From Fimicolochytrium jonesii (taxonomy: Eukaryota): a stretch of 64,000 nucleotides of DNA. This document shows positions 12,587 through 25,476 of the stretch, one piece after another. The notes under the pieces are model-generated. The model had not been told where the DNA came from and made no database searches. It saw only the letters and a program-made list of their open reading frames with translations. The stretch covers positions 310,001-374,000 of the forward strand of contig NW_026515672.1 in the NCBI RefSeq assembly GCF_025526975.1. The letters run 5' to 3'. The stretch's first letter is position 1; every line of letters begins with the position of its first letter. Position numbers and translations under genes: made by a program.

Positions 12587-15500
12587 ATGAGGCAAAGCCC
12601 GATCTCATCTATCGATGTCTCATCTGAGAGCGACGACGACGAGATAGCCAACAGTCCAGGAAAGGCACCGCAGCATGGCCAAATTGACCAGTACTCAACC
12701 GATTTCGAGGGCAGCGCATCGGTGTCCGCCTCGCAGGCCCCAGACGTTCTCATCACTTCCACCGAAGACGAGTTTGATGAAGAGGATGAGGAGCTGTCAC
12801 TCGATGGTTCTGAGACCGAGGAGGAGCATGGGAGTGGGGTGGTTGCGGGTACGGTGCGCTCATCCGACGAGGATGATGAGATATCGCTGGGTGAAGTGGT
12901 GGACGGACAAGTTGAGAAGGCGGCGGTTGACGGACGGAAACACCCACTTGTGGTTCCGGACGTCTCAGAGAAGAGTCTATATATGCCTGAACGAAACACC
13001 GGCGTGCGCGCTAGTATTGGACCTGAGGTGCTTGCAGTTTCATCGGAGCCAGTGCTTATCTTCCCTGGTTCATGGCGGGACAGCCATGCGGATGCATATT
13101 CGCTTGAAGCAAATAAAGTATCAGCGGTACCTGCTCCAGCCGGGTCAAAAGAAAAGCCTGATGTGGTACCCGGCATAGACGATTCACTATCTGAGGACGA
13201 CATCTCCCACATGTTAACTGAACAGTCGTCAATAATAGAAGAGTCAATGGAAGAGTCGAGAGGAGGCCAAAGCGACGTCGATGAAGAAGGCTCGGTTCCG
13301 AATGTGTTGCTACCGCGGACTACCGTCGCAAAAAGTTCGGATTCCGAAACCTCACTGATCTCAGAATCAGAGTCCGGACGGAGCCGAAGCGATGATGGCG
13401 CAGAGGCCCCGAGCCTCAGGGTATCCCTACCTCGAACAATCGTCGCAGAAGGGTCAGATATCGAATCATCTCAATCGTCAGCACATGATTCGAGAGGAGG
13501 CCAAAGTAAAAGCTACGCTGAGGTAGAAGCTTCAAGTCCGACAGCATCACCACCTCAGACGACCGTCGCTGAGGATTCAGATCTCGAACCATCTGAGACC
13601 TCAGGGGAAGATTCGGAAGGAGCTCAAAACGAATTTAATGGCGCTTCGAGTCCGAGTGCATCACCGTCTCGAACATCTGCCGCAGAACAGTGTGGACCAG
13701 ACCCAACACAACGATCAACGCAGAATCCTAAAGGAGGCCATAGCGACGTCAACGTCAATGCCTCACAACCCTCCCTACCAAATGCATCACCCCCTCGGAC
13801 ACCCATCGCCGCCGAGTCCCAGATCAGAGACTCCCAAACATCAGAGCATGCATCCCCTCCGTCACCATACAGCGAAGACTTCACAAGCATCTCCCTAACC
13901 CAAGATGAAAAAAATGCCGAAGATGCATATTCCGTCGATTTCGAAAGTGATAATCCTCTCTCAGAGTCAATGCTGGACGGGGAAATGACGCCGAAACAAG
14001 CACAACCTCAACCGGATCCCAGCCCCGGCGAAGACCATGGCGATCCTTCGTCTGGAAGCCGGATGCCGGGGAAGAGTCCATCGGCTGGCGTTGAAGCAGA
14101 GGGGATCAATCCGCTGCTGGTTCCGAGTAGGGACGCGCAATCGGACTCGGAGGCGAAGTCTTCAGAGGACGAGGTCTCACTCTCCGACGTCGATGACGAA
14201 AGCGGATGCGAATCCGCCAGCGGCGAAGACGTGGAAGCGTTCATGAGGGAGATTGGCGGGGTGCGGGGTGAGGATCTCGTTGATGTGGGCGAATTGGAGG
14301 AGGAAGAGAGCGCGGACGTGGAGTGGGATGCTGATGATGGTCATGTGGCTGGGCTGGCAATGGCTGAAGCTGAGGGAGGTCGTGAGACGGAAGTCTTGCA
14401 GCAGCCTGATACACGGAAGCTAGCAGTGGCGGACCACCCTTCTGACACAATGCAGCAGAATGCATCGGATGCTGTTTCGCAACAGCATCCAGCCGAAGCG
14501 AATTCACTCCCAAATCCCACTCATGCACATCACCATAAACCCGCCGAAGTCCCGTGCGCCAGAACCACCCCCTCAACCACCGACACCTCCGAACTACTCC
14601 CGCCGCCTAACACCACACACGACCTCCGCTCCCCACCCGACACCTCCTCCTCCTCCTCCGCTCCCCCCAATGTAATCGTACCGGTCTTGCGAATTCGACC
14701 CGAGGGAGCACATAAGCCGCCGCAGGAACCCAAAAGCCCTCCGATTGAGTTGTTACTCTCGGCGAATGAGGCGGTTTCGAGAGTTACGGTCGACTCGTCT
14801 GCGTCGTATTACTTGATGACGCCAAGTGATGGAGTGTCGGAGTTGGGCAATGAGCACAGCGAGGATGAGGAAAATGTCGTTAGGATTGAGATGCCTAGCG
14901 AAGAAACATCGGACTACGTCCTCGACGACCCTAGCGACGCTACGGATTCGATTGATGTCGAGATCGTAAGTCACATTGTGGTCCCATACGCTCCAACAGA
15001 TTTGTGTTCTCGACCATAGACCTCTCCCCCAATAGCAAACCTCCCAATCCCTCAGGTCAGCCCTCTTCGCCCGTCTCCGCCAGAAAGTCCTCCACAACAC
15101 CCACCCTCCACCCACATCCGCCCCCACCAAGCGATCAACACACACCCCGGCACTGGCCACCCTCTGCACACGCGTGGACGCCCACACGCGAGCGGCTGCC
15201 GCCAGGGACCCGGTAGTGCGGCCTGTGCCGTCGAAGTGGGTGCAGCGGGTCAGGTGGAAGACCCTGATGAAGTCGATGGAGGAGCCGATGGAGTCGGGTG
15301 AGGAGGGTGATATGTGAGTTCACGGAGCCCATGGATTGTTAAGGGGTTATTGCAGTTAATTATTAACAACGCAGATTCTTGGTGTACCCTTATAGAGCAT
15401 ATACCGGACCACGCAGTTACGATACCATCCCGCGTACCCGAGCCCGCGATGCTTTCAAGCAAGAGATGCTCGACCGGTAAGATCTACGCTCCCGATCTCT

Positions 15501-15766
15501 GTCATGGGTCAGAAATCCTGGCTGCCTTCTGACCATCTCACACCAACAGAACTCCCAATCTCTCCCATCACAGCACATCGGCATATACCGTGAGATACAT
15601 GCCAGCATACACGTCTACGCATACACCGTCATACACCGCGAACCCGCGATTGCAAGCGCTCTTTTCCAAAAGAACGATTGATATATGCGAGGCGATGGCG
15701 GAGATCGAGGCCGGGGCGCCCGCGCTGGATCTGGACGCTTACAGGGCGGCTATCGCGTCGTCGTGA
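12587..15766 (+). CDS. Large acidic Ser/Glu/Asp-rich, largely disordered protein with internal repeats and a small C-terminal ordered region; function unknown
   Basis: 810-aa ORF, extended in frame by inferred exons 15036-15313, 15396-15476 and 15550-15766 (GTAAGT, GTGAGT and GTAAGA donors, YAG acceptors); ends '...ALDLDAYRAAIASS*'. Confidence 0.7.
13253..13846 (+). repeat. Five degenerate ~39-41-aa (~120-bp) tandem coding repeats
   Basis: Units begin ESRGGQS / ESGRSRS / DSRGGQS / DSEGAQN / NPKGGHS. Each contains a 'PRT(T/I)VA..SD.E.S..S'-like core. Confidence 0.75.
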
Positions 15767-16103
15767 TGTGTGTGTTCGGCTCAGGGTTCGGTTTGCTTTC
15801 GGCGCGTTTAGGGAGTGTTACGCGTGAAAGATGGGCTCTCTTGCATGCCACGCTGGACACGAACTTCCTTTCCATTCTCCGCTCATATAGCCGTATCGCC
15901 GGATTTTTCGTCATTCCACGCGCTGCATCCTATCACTTTGGATGATTGAGAATCCACGATCGGGTTCTTTGAAAAGGAACGTAAGCCGGCCTCACTGCAC
16001 ACCAATTTCAGCGAATGCGTGATTATAGCGCTATATTGTATCTATTCTTGGTAATTCATATGCGATCCGTCGTGATTCCACTACAAACCGCCCCCTACAC
16101 GGC

Positions 16104-17633
16104 CTACGTTCTCCGTTTCGACAGCTTCACAGCGGCTTTAGTAGTCGCCAGCCCAATCTCCTGATCCACCTCCAACAGCTGGGTATCCACCGCCAGCTTC
16201 TCCATCTTCCTTTGCAACGCCGTCACCGCTACCGGATCCTTCGCAAACGGTTCAAACGCGGCGCGGAAATTCCTGGCCGATTCCTTCAATTGCAACTGTG
16301 TCATGGAATCCAGCTCCGATACCAGCTGGGTCAGGGTGCGCCCGTCATCTTCGCTCGGGAACAGTATGGGCCCGAGTTGAGCCATGGCAATCGTGCTTAC
16401 TACAAAAAGCTGTCGTAGCATCTCAATATGCTCGTGGGTCGTTCGCCATGGGATCAATGTCCGCAGGATCGTGTTGGGGACGGACGTGCTGGGGCTCAAC
16501 AGGATGCGCGATTCGAAGCAGCCCATTGCCAAGACGCCTACGAAGCGCCAGTAACGACCTCCGCCAAGACCTCCAAACATACCCATGAGGAGCATAACGA
16601 CACCTGTGCCAACGTAGAACGTCACGACGCCTGGTAAGGCATTTAAGACGTAATCCCGCTCGGTGACACAGCGGGGGCATGTATCCATGTTCGTGCCAAA
16701 TTTGTCTGCAGACACCTGTTTTAGCATCGGGCCCTAAGGCCGGCCTGCGACGTCCTTCCGCCGTGACGTACCATATGCCGTCCGTTTTACGGGATCCTTC
16801 AGAACATCATATGCTTGGCGCATTAGCAAATATCGCCCTTCCATAAACTCCTGCTCCTGTGGTTCCAGCTAGATTGCAAACAAAGCTGATCAGCCAAGCT
16901 GATTGCTCTTCGTTGTGTGCCCCTGCGACCCCATGAAGATCCCCAAGCGTACCGATGATATCTTATCCTGTGAATGCCACAAGATGTCCGCACACGTTAG
17001 TTGCCGAGGTTTAGAAGAGATGGTACAGCGACGATCATCAACATACCGGATGAAACAGCAAGGTTAGCTGACGGTATTGCGACTTGATCGTCCTCGCGTC
17101 ACTGTTTCTCCCCACGCCGAGATAGTCGTAATGTGTCAATGGTAGCGCCCGTTCCACCTACAGGCGCGGAGGCAAAACACACAAAGTAAGGACAAAGCAA
17201 TGGAATCAGGGACGCCCTGTCTTCAAAGGGAATCGTCTCCCGATAGCTTACGGTGATGAATGTGTACAGCAGGTATCCCACGACAAAAACGACATAGATG
17301 ATGCTATAATGTCGTTTGGCTTCCGCGGGCGTTGGTGGTCTTCTCGACTTGCGGACGTACGCGTAATACTGCTTCTGGATGAACTTTGTCGCCATGCTCT
17401 GCAATTTGTTGGCAATGAGAAGGTCAGGATATCCGCCTCGTAGCAGCCCCAGTACTAGCGTACTGCTAAGCCGACGGCGCAAGCAAGTGACCACCGCCGG
17501 AGGAACGTCCTTACCGGGACAAAAGCCCAAAACAGCATCTGCGAAAGCAAGGTGGTTAGCCAATGAGCAGTGAAATTCAAACTCTCACTGACTGCTTCTT
17601 GCTCACCGATTGCGCAAACTCCCAGTCGATCAT
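16104..17633 (-). CDS. Membrane-associated DnaJ/Hsp40 domain protein, multi-exon
   Basis: Inferred 'MIDWEFAQS|MLFWAFVP|SMATKFIQ', TM 'IIYVVFVVGYLLYTFIT', J-domain 'THYDYLGV...IKSQYRQLTLLFHP|DK...RQAYDVLKDPVKRTAY', further TM segments. Confidence 0.85.
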
Positions 17634-18290
17634 CGTTGCCTTGTCTTTCCGTCTATTAGCTGATCTCTTGGTCGCTGAAGCTTGACAAAATACGGCCGTT
17701 TATGGATGTCGTTAAAGTGAATGACTTCACACCGCTTGCTGGAGTAGCTGCCTCGGTGGTTTGCCTTTTTTTAAGGGCAAGGCAGGACCGTAGAAAGGAG
17801 AACCAGGGGAAGGGGAACTTGCATTGTCAAAGCAGGGAAACCTTTACGGAGCGACGCCGAGCGTCAACGCGTTGAGTTTTCCCAACGTATCGAAGTCCAC
17901 CCGAGTTCTTGCGGATGGATCGTTGGCCTATCCAGCGTCTCCACACATCTTTTGCACTGCCCCAATTCTCATGCAAGCGTCATGTTGAACCGTGCGTAAG
18001 GCATCATACAGAACCTCTTCTGCAAGCGAGAGTGGTGAAAGACGTAGTATCATGAATAGACTCGATGATTCGTATGACTTTTACATGTCCCAAAAACAAT
18101 ACATAACATGAAAATGATAACGGACATGATTACAACTGGAAGGCGTAAAAACACCTCACGTCTCCCTTCGGACGCCACCAGGACGGATTTTACGATATCC
18201 AAACATGCTTCCCGGTTCCAGCTCGATGACTGACATATCGGCGCGCTCAGCGTTGACAACCTAGAATCCAGACCGAACGTAGACTGACGT

Positions 18291-19114
18291 CTATTGCTCA
18301 TCCTTCTTGCCGATGGTCGGCAAGGCCAGGTCCCTCTTGAGGTCGGCGTTGGGGTTTCCAGCAAGCTTGTCATCGGGGCTAATTCCCATCCTGCGAACTC
18401 CTACACCGTGCTTGTAAACGAGGTGACCGCCGAGGTACAAGCTGGCAATGATTCCCGCAAGACCAACGCCAGAAAGGAGGACGTTGAATCGGTAAGGCTG
18501 GAAGTCAACGGCCTTGCGCTTGGCGAGGAAGTTGAAAAGAGCGATACCGCCTGGAAGTAAAGATCATGATGGTAAGCGCACGGCAATGACATGTGCACAC
18601 GATCGATCCAGTACGTACTTGCAACAACATTCAATCCACTGTGCCACCTTGCCGTCTTCTGGGCGGCAGGGTTCCTCACTCCATCGATGGCAAAGTATTC
18701 TGCGAGTCCAGTGATGGCGGTTGGGATAGTCGCAACAAGAGCAGCGGCAGTGGCGTAGTAACTGAAGGCGTAAAGGCCGCGGGAAGTGGCATATTGGCGG
18801 AGGGCAGTCATGGGAAACCTAAGGATGGACGGGACTCGGTGAGCTTCAGCTGATTTGCATGGCCATCAGGTATCTAAAAGGCGCCTTTACTTCTCCATGG
18901 CAAGGCCTATGATGTCAGCTGCAAAAGCGAAAGGATACAGAGTTGCCGGAACCTAGTAATCGAGGGGAAACAGTTCGTTAGGATGAGTCTCTCTCTTTGG
19001 AAACAGAACTCGCTTGACTGAACTCACATGCACCAAAGCAGCGTGTATTGGGGAGGCGTTGCCTGCAACGTTGCCAAGCAATAGACTCCAAGTGTATTTC
19101 GTTACGGACGGCAT
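18291..19114 (-). CDS. DUF2231-like integral membrane protein, 4 exons
   Basis: 'PIHAALVH' at the N-terminus, 'PTAITGLAEY', 'ARWHSGLNV' and 'YLGGHLVYKHGVGV' follow the DUF2231 pattern; stop 18293-18291. Confidence 0.75.
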
Positions 19115-19614
19115 CGTTCAGAGAGCCTGGGGACTGTATGCGAGAGAGCTATCAGCAGTTTGCTTGAGCCAGCGGCGAAGGATGGAAGTTCTAAAGTTTT
19201 CTGCAGCAGGGGACGGACGACTGTTCGCTCGCTGGGCTTTTATACCAAGCCTTGCTTGCCCTTACTCATCATGCATGCCCTCGGAGCCCTTGGATCTGGA
19301 GAGCCCGTCATTATATTGGGCAGGAAAGAGACACACAGCGTGTCACCCAGCAACGTCAAGAGTGATGTCATTCAGATTCGCGATTTAGACCTATTATCTG
19401 TCATGTGACACGTATTAAACACGTCAAAAGCGGCCAACGCGCTGTCGAAGTCCCCCGCCCACAAGTCCGACATTTGTGGATAGGCTTAAATCCAAGTTGC
19501 TTTCTCGCCGCCGTTGCTCCAACACCAACACGTACCGCTTCGCCTTTTGCTCGCCAGAGCAGACGCGTTTGGGCTCCTCACGTTCAGACCCCGAAGTGCA
19601 ATCAGGAAAGAAAA

Positions 19615-22600
19615 ATGGATTGGCCACCACCGCCCATCGGCCGACATGCGTCGACGAGTACGGGGGGATCCAAAAAGCAGGATTCGGAACTTGCATTCGA
19701 TGATGCCGATCTGGATGATTTGCTATTAAGTAGCAGTGATGACGAAAAGAATGTCAAGTCGAAAGGTACTCGCTAGTAGTTGGCTGAGTTGCGGCTGTAC
19801 AGATCTTGACTGATGGTTGAACTTAATGATTTTCGACGCATCAGAAGCAGAGAAGCCGGTAAGATTCATAACTGAACACCAGGTCTCCAGCCGAGCTCGT
19901 TCATAGACTGCCCTCATTCTTAGAAATCAGCACCGACCCCAATCCCCACCGTCCGCCCGACTACTGCCGCATCAGGCGCAAAATCTACCTTCGCGACACC
20001 AGCCCCGGCAACTCGTCAGTTTCAAGCGCCACCTACGCCGGCATCCGCCGAAAAGCCTGCTCCTGCAATCTTGCCACCCACACCCGTTGCAGCGTCCGCA
20101 CATGGGAAAAACAATGTAGATGATATCTTGAAAGGGTTAGAAGACTTGGATGACTTAGATGGTGGACTCTTTGGAGGGATTGGTGCTGGCACCAAGAAAG
20201 GAGGTATGATTAACTTAACAAGACGAACGACCAAGCTCAATGTCGTACTCATGCGACCTCTATCATCCTCACAACAGCGGCGGCAGCGGGACCTGCCTCT
20301 ATCCAAAACAGTCCGGCGAAGCCCAGTCCCACAATACCTACCGCGGCAACAAGCACTACCCCCGCTGTACTACCCTCAACACTGCCAAAGACTTTGGCAG
20401 CCCCAAAACCATTTGCTTCATCAGCTCCAAACACACCAGTGACATCCGCAAAGCCCCTCATGCCCTGGGAAAAGCGGGTGACGGAAGACACCATGCCGTC
20501 CCCAGACAAACCGTCGCCGAGCTTAGCGGGACGCGATAGATCTGCAAGTATGGGCTCCTCGCAGACGAGCGCGGGACCAAATATTGCCCGTGCACAGAAG
20601 CCACTGATGCCGTGGGAGAAACGGACGGATACTGTTCCGAGTGCTTCGAGTGCTCCCAGTGTTCCAGCGCCAGTAGCTGATACGGCAGCGTTAAGAACCG
20701 CCGCGGATGATACGTCGCTGTTCATGGGTTCGTCTTTCTGCCACGTCGAGGCTAACGTTCTGTTGTGCATATGCCTAACCTGAGATGGCACATATCAGGA
20801 TCGTCCACCCGGACTCGGAATAGAAGTCCATCAGCCAAATCCAACACAACTCAATTCACATCAGAGGCAGACGATGATGATGATATCCTCGGCTTGTTGA
20901 GCTTCGATGGGCCAAGTAAGAATGCCGGACGGCCGAGGTCCAGGACCACATCTGCCATCCCAGCTGCTGGGGGACTGTTTGGAAGTGCACCGCTCGGTCA
21001 GAGGTATGATCCAAGGTTGAGCTACTGGGATTCTTGTGCAGGCATTCTAACTCGCTCTGATTTTCCTTGCCAGTGATGCCAAACCCGCCTTAGCGTCGCC
21101 AGCACGGTAAGTTGTTCTCATTTGCGACTCGTGTGTGAGCAACGACTCAAAGCACTCTCTAGCCCTTTCACAGCACCCGCATCAAGCCCCGCACCTTTCT
21201 CATCATCAACGCCCTTCACACCCACACCTATGACCGCCGCGCCCGCCACCACCACCACAGCCAACCCGTTCCTCTTCCCTCCCACAACCACAAAACCAGC
21301 CGCAACACCCGCGCCAGGGTCACCAGCGAAGAGCTTCCTCCCTTCAAGCGCAAGCGTATCGACCATGGGCACGTTGCGGACGTTGGAGCTGCCGCGGACG
21401 TCGGCGAAGGAGGATGATGAGTTTGTGCCGTCATTTTTGTTTGAGACCTCGGGGAGGGCAAGGGGTGGACGGCCACGGATGGGTGGGTTCGGATGTGGGG
21501 GGCTTGTATCGGGTGGGATGTGGGTTTAGAACTGACTCTTGAGATGTGGTCTAGCGGAAGCAACTCCTGGCATCGAGCCTCCAGGTGAGAGGTTTGAACG
21601 GAGAGTTGGAAGGTTGCCAGGAGACTACGCTCATACGCACTATTTCCAGCTTTGAAGCATACGCCGATAATCAGCTTGCCATGTAAGTCCGGGACGGATT
21701 AGAAAGCATCAGCGCTGTGAGCACTCATCGTCGGGTACTCTAGTTTTGGATAGCAAGCCCAAAATGACGCCGAAACCGGAGCCCGTGAAAGCAGCAGGTG
21801 GGTCTATGGCATGTGAACGTCTCATGTGGTGAATTCCATGTGACGTTGGTCCCCTTTTAGTGCCGGTATCCCTTCCGCCCGCCGCTGCAGAGCCTGCAAG
21901 TACGTCATGCTACTGACTTGCCTCTTTGCATTCACGATGATCTTGGCTGAATGACTCTGCTGCATTCAGAGCCGACAGAGAAAGCGAAAGGGGCGACCAC
22001 AACACTTCCTAGTGCTTATGTGACGAAAGCCGATGGCCAGAAGGTAGGGCTGATACCTGATCCTTGTGTTCATCTCGGGCCTCGCACTCACATCTCCCCA
22101 GCAACGGCAGCAACAACAACAACAAACAAAAACCATCCTATCCCTCCCAGCCGGCGACCCCATCGCAACCAAGCCCCGCGACACCACCAACCCGTCCCCC
22201 ACGTCCAACGACGAAGACGGCGAAGACGACGAAAGCGACCTGCAAGATATCGGGTTAAGCGATCTCGAACTGTCCCCGAGTTCCGGCGATGAGGAGGACA
22301 ATCCGCTGCCGAAGCGGCGACGGCGTTCGAGCGTGAGTTCCGTTAGGTCGAGTCGGAGGAGTTCGGTTCGAGGCAGTCGGAGGGGGTCGAAGGCGGGTGA
22401 GTTTCGGTTTGCGTTGTATCGATGATGGGGAAAGACATAATCTTACTTGCGGGGTGATTTTTAGTGCTCGTCGACACTGCACAGGTTAAAGAACTGCAAC
22501 AGAAACTGGAAACGGCTGAGAAAGACGAAAAGGAGATGCAGGATTTCGTGGAGACATTGAAGAAAGAGAAAGCAGAATTGAAGGCAGATTTGGACAAGGT

Positions 22601-24445
22601 GAAGAAGAACGTGCAGGAAGTGGAACAGAAAGCGAAGAAGATCGAGGAGGATTCGGCCGCCGCTCTCACGAAGTTGAAGGACGCTCATGAGGAGGAGATT
22701 GAGCATTTGAAGAAGAGACATGAGGATGAGGTAAGACGGCTTTGATATATGAGCAGATCCGCTGGATCCGCTGGCCATTGGAGCTGTCGCTCACAAAGGA
22801 TGCATTGATTCGTAGCTCGCACGCCAACACGAAACCCTAACCGCAACCCACAAAGAAGCAACAAAACACCTAGCAGAAGCCCATGCAGCCGAACTCGTCA
22901 CCGTCCTCTCCCGCACCAACGAGCTCACAACTCTCGCCACCCAGATCCAATCCCGCGACCAAGCCGTCACCGACCTCCAGAAGAAAGTCGAGACCGACCA
23001 CGCCTACAGCATCAAAGAGCGCGAGCTGGCATTCCAGAACCGCGAGAAGCAGATCTCGGAGATGCAGCGGCATTTCCTCGATCAGCAGAAGGAGCTGGAT
23101 GAGGAGCGGGTGAAGATCCAGGAATTGGTGCGGACGATGGATGAGAACATGCATGCCGCGCAACGACAGCAGTCCGAGGCGTATAAGCGGTTGATGAACG
23201 ATAAGACGCGGCTGCAGGAGCAGATGCAGGATATGCAGGCGGAGAAACACACGTTGCTCGCGCATCTTCACACCGACCGTGTGGAATTGCTCAAGCAGAA
23301 GGAGGAATGGGCGCTGGAGAAGCGGCGGCAGACTCAGCAGCTGGACGGGGAGAGGACCGCGCTTGCGTTGGAGAGATCTGAGCTGGAGTCGTTGAAGCAT
23401 ACATTGCAAGTCCTGCAATCTGATCTCGCGACGCACAAACTGCGTGAGGAGGCCCAGCTGCATGCCGATAGGATCGTGTTTGAGCGGGACCAGCAGGCGC
23501 TTGTGAATAAGGCCGCCGTCGTGCATCGGGAGATGGCGCAGTTGAGGAGCGAGAGGTGTCTTCTGGAGGCTGAGAAGGGGAAGCTGGGCGTGGAGAGGGA
23601 GGTTTTCGAGGTCGGGAGGGAGGAGGCGGAGAGGGTTGTCAGGGAAGTCGGCAAGGTTGGGGAGGTTGCTGGTAAGTTTTCAGAGACGAACGACGGCGAC
23701 GTCTTCCCAATTTCTGCTGATAAGTGTCGTTCACAGTCACGGAGCGACACAAAGCCGAAGAGCTTCTTTCATCCACAGTCGAAACGCAGCAGTCATTGGA
23801 AGCCGCGTTGGCCAAGGTACTTTCGCCCTCAGCACGAAGGCCACACATCTTCCATCCTAACCATGCGCTGCAACCCTAGATCCGCAGCGACCAAGCCGCA
23901 CTCCTCGCACAACAAACAGAAGTCAGGAAAGAGCGACTGGCACTCGCCCATGAGCGGTACAAAGCGGGCCCGGCAAAATCCCATCAGCAGCAGGCCATTG
24001 GGGAGAAAGATGAGCCGACACTGGTCTTACCTGTTGCGGCGGATGCATACGGGCATAGACATGTAAGCAACGCCCCAAGAAAGCAGCACTCACCCTGCTT
24101 GATGCTTACAAGAAACTGCTTCTCCATCTAGCTCACACCAAATGCCCGAGAGGATAAGCACCAGCCCGCAACACCCGCATATGTCTGGGGAATCACACCA
24201 TCATCCGCGCTGTACACGCTTCCGAAACCGCAAAACCTGCATGTCATCGCAGCTCGCGACTTGTTCCGCAAGTTGGATAGATTCGTTGGCGGACTGAAGC
24301 AGGTGCGAACTTCCTCCTGGATTTTTTCTTTTGGTTGATTGTGCGACTGAAATGACCAATCCACATTGTGCAGTCCGAGACGTCGCTCGATAGACAGCTG
24401 GCGTATCTGACGACGGCGAGGCAGGCTCATCCACATGTATATTGA
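19615..24445 (+). CDS. Large multi-exon protein with low-complexity N-terminus and long C-terminal coiled coil; tentatively FBF1-like (centriole distal appendage)
   Basis: Many short exons bounded by GT-AG introns. Acidic 'DDLL', 'DDIL' and 'DDEFVPSFL' patches, then >400 aa of heptad-rich E/K/Q/R/L sequence (22464-23960); ends 'SLDRQLAYLTTARQAHPHVY*'. The gene itself is well supported; the FBF1 identity rests only on architecture. Confidence 0.55.
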
Positions 24446-24587
24446 AGGCGAGAGTGTATATATGAATATGGAGTGAAGGACGCAGCGCATCCATGGTATA
24501 ATACTTTGGGTTGATTCGGTCCGATGATGATATGTATGGATGCTTGAGAACGGCGGGTGGAGCCCCATGTACGCCCAAAACGCTCCA

Positions 24588-25205
24588 TCATGTCGACCTC
24601 CTTTCATCAGCCATCAGCATCTCCTTATGCCTCTCCTGCGCAAAGAACTTCCCATGATCCGGATTATGCTCCTTCAACAGCTGCCTGGTCACACGATACA
24701 GCCCCGACTTCTTATCCTCCACATCCAGGAAACACTGTATACACTGCCTCGCAGCTAGTTTGCTGCTATAGTAGGTGCTCGCAAACGCACCGCCTGTTAT
24801 CGCTGCAACGCCCCATAGTGTGATCCAAAGCGGTTGCACCGGTCGAGTTCGAGACGCTGCCTTTATCGCGGCGGCTTTTGCGCTGTTTGCGATGGTCTGC
24901 GCTGCGGCTTGAGCGCCATTTGGAGCAGCGGATGCGGGTGGTGGTGGCGTACTCAGCTTCTTCGTCACGGCGGCGGCGGTGTCCTGCTGGGCCATGGCAA
25001 GCTGATCCCTGGTTGCGAAGAATGCCCGGAAGTCGAGGGTGTAGTAGGCGAGACTTCCCCACATGACAAAGTTGGCGAGCCCATAGGCGAGGGGTGCCGA
25101 GTCATACACTTTGATACATCGAGCTTCCTCGGGGCTTGGCCGGTAGTTCTGCGATCGTATGAAGTAGCCGATGTGGTCGAGAATTTGTTTCTCCACGTAG
25201 GTCAT
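24588..25205 (-). CDS. Small two-TM membrane protein of unknown function (possible OCIA-domain-like)
   Basis: Intronless 205-codon ORF from ATG 25205. Two hydrophobic segments ('LAYGLANFVMWGSLAYYTL', 'LWITLWGVAAITGGAFASTYY') flank an Ala/Pro linker. Confidence 0.7.
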   Translation of the reverse strand: MTYVEKQILDHIGYFIRSQNYRPSPEEARCIKVYDSAPLAYGLANFVMWGSLAYYTLDFRAFFATRDQLAMAQQDTAAAVTKKLSTPPPPASAAPNGAQAAAQTIANSAKAAAIKAASRTRPVQPLWITLWGVAAITGGAFASTYYSSKLAARQCIQCFLDVEDKKSGLYRVTRQLLKEHNPDHGKFFAQERHKEMLMADERRST

Positions 25206-25476
25206 TGTTCTGGATGGGGTTCCCTGAGCTGAAACTCGGTCAGTTTTGAGAGACCAGGCGAATATGCTCTGCGAGGGCTGTGGGGTGTTGATATGATGGC
25301 CTTTCGTAGAGAGCGAGCTTGGGAAAGTCGCAATGGCTCGGCTTGGCCGGTCGGAAGAAACCAGGAGGCAGGAGAAGAAAGGACCGACAAGCCCGAGACT
25401 TCCTTTTGATGAGCGCGCGCGTTTTGGGCCAGTCGCAACTCGCAATTTGTTTCCAGCCGCCGCGACAAAACACAAG

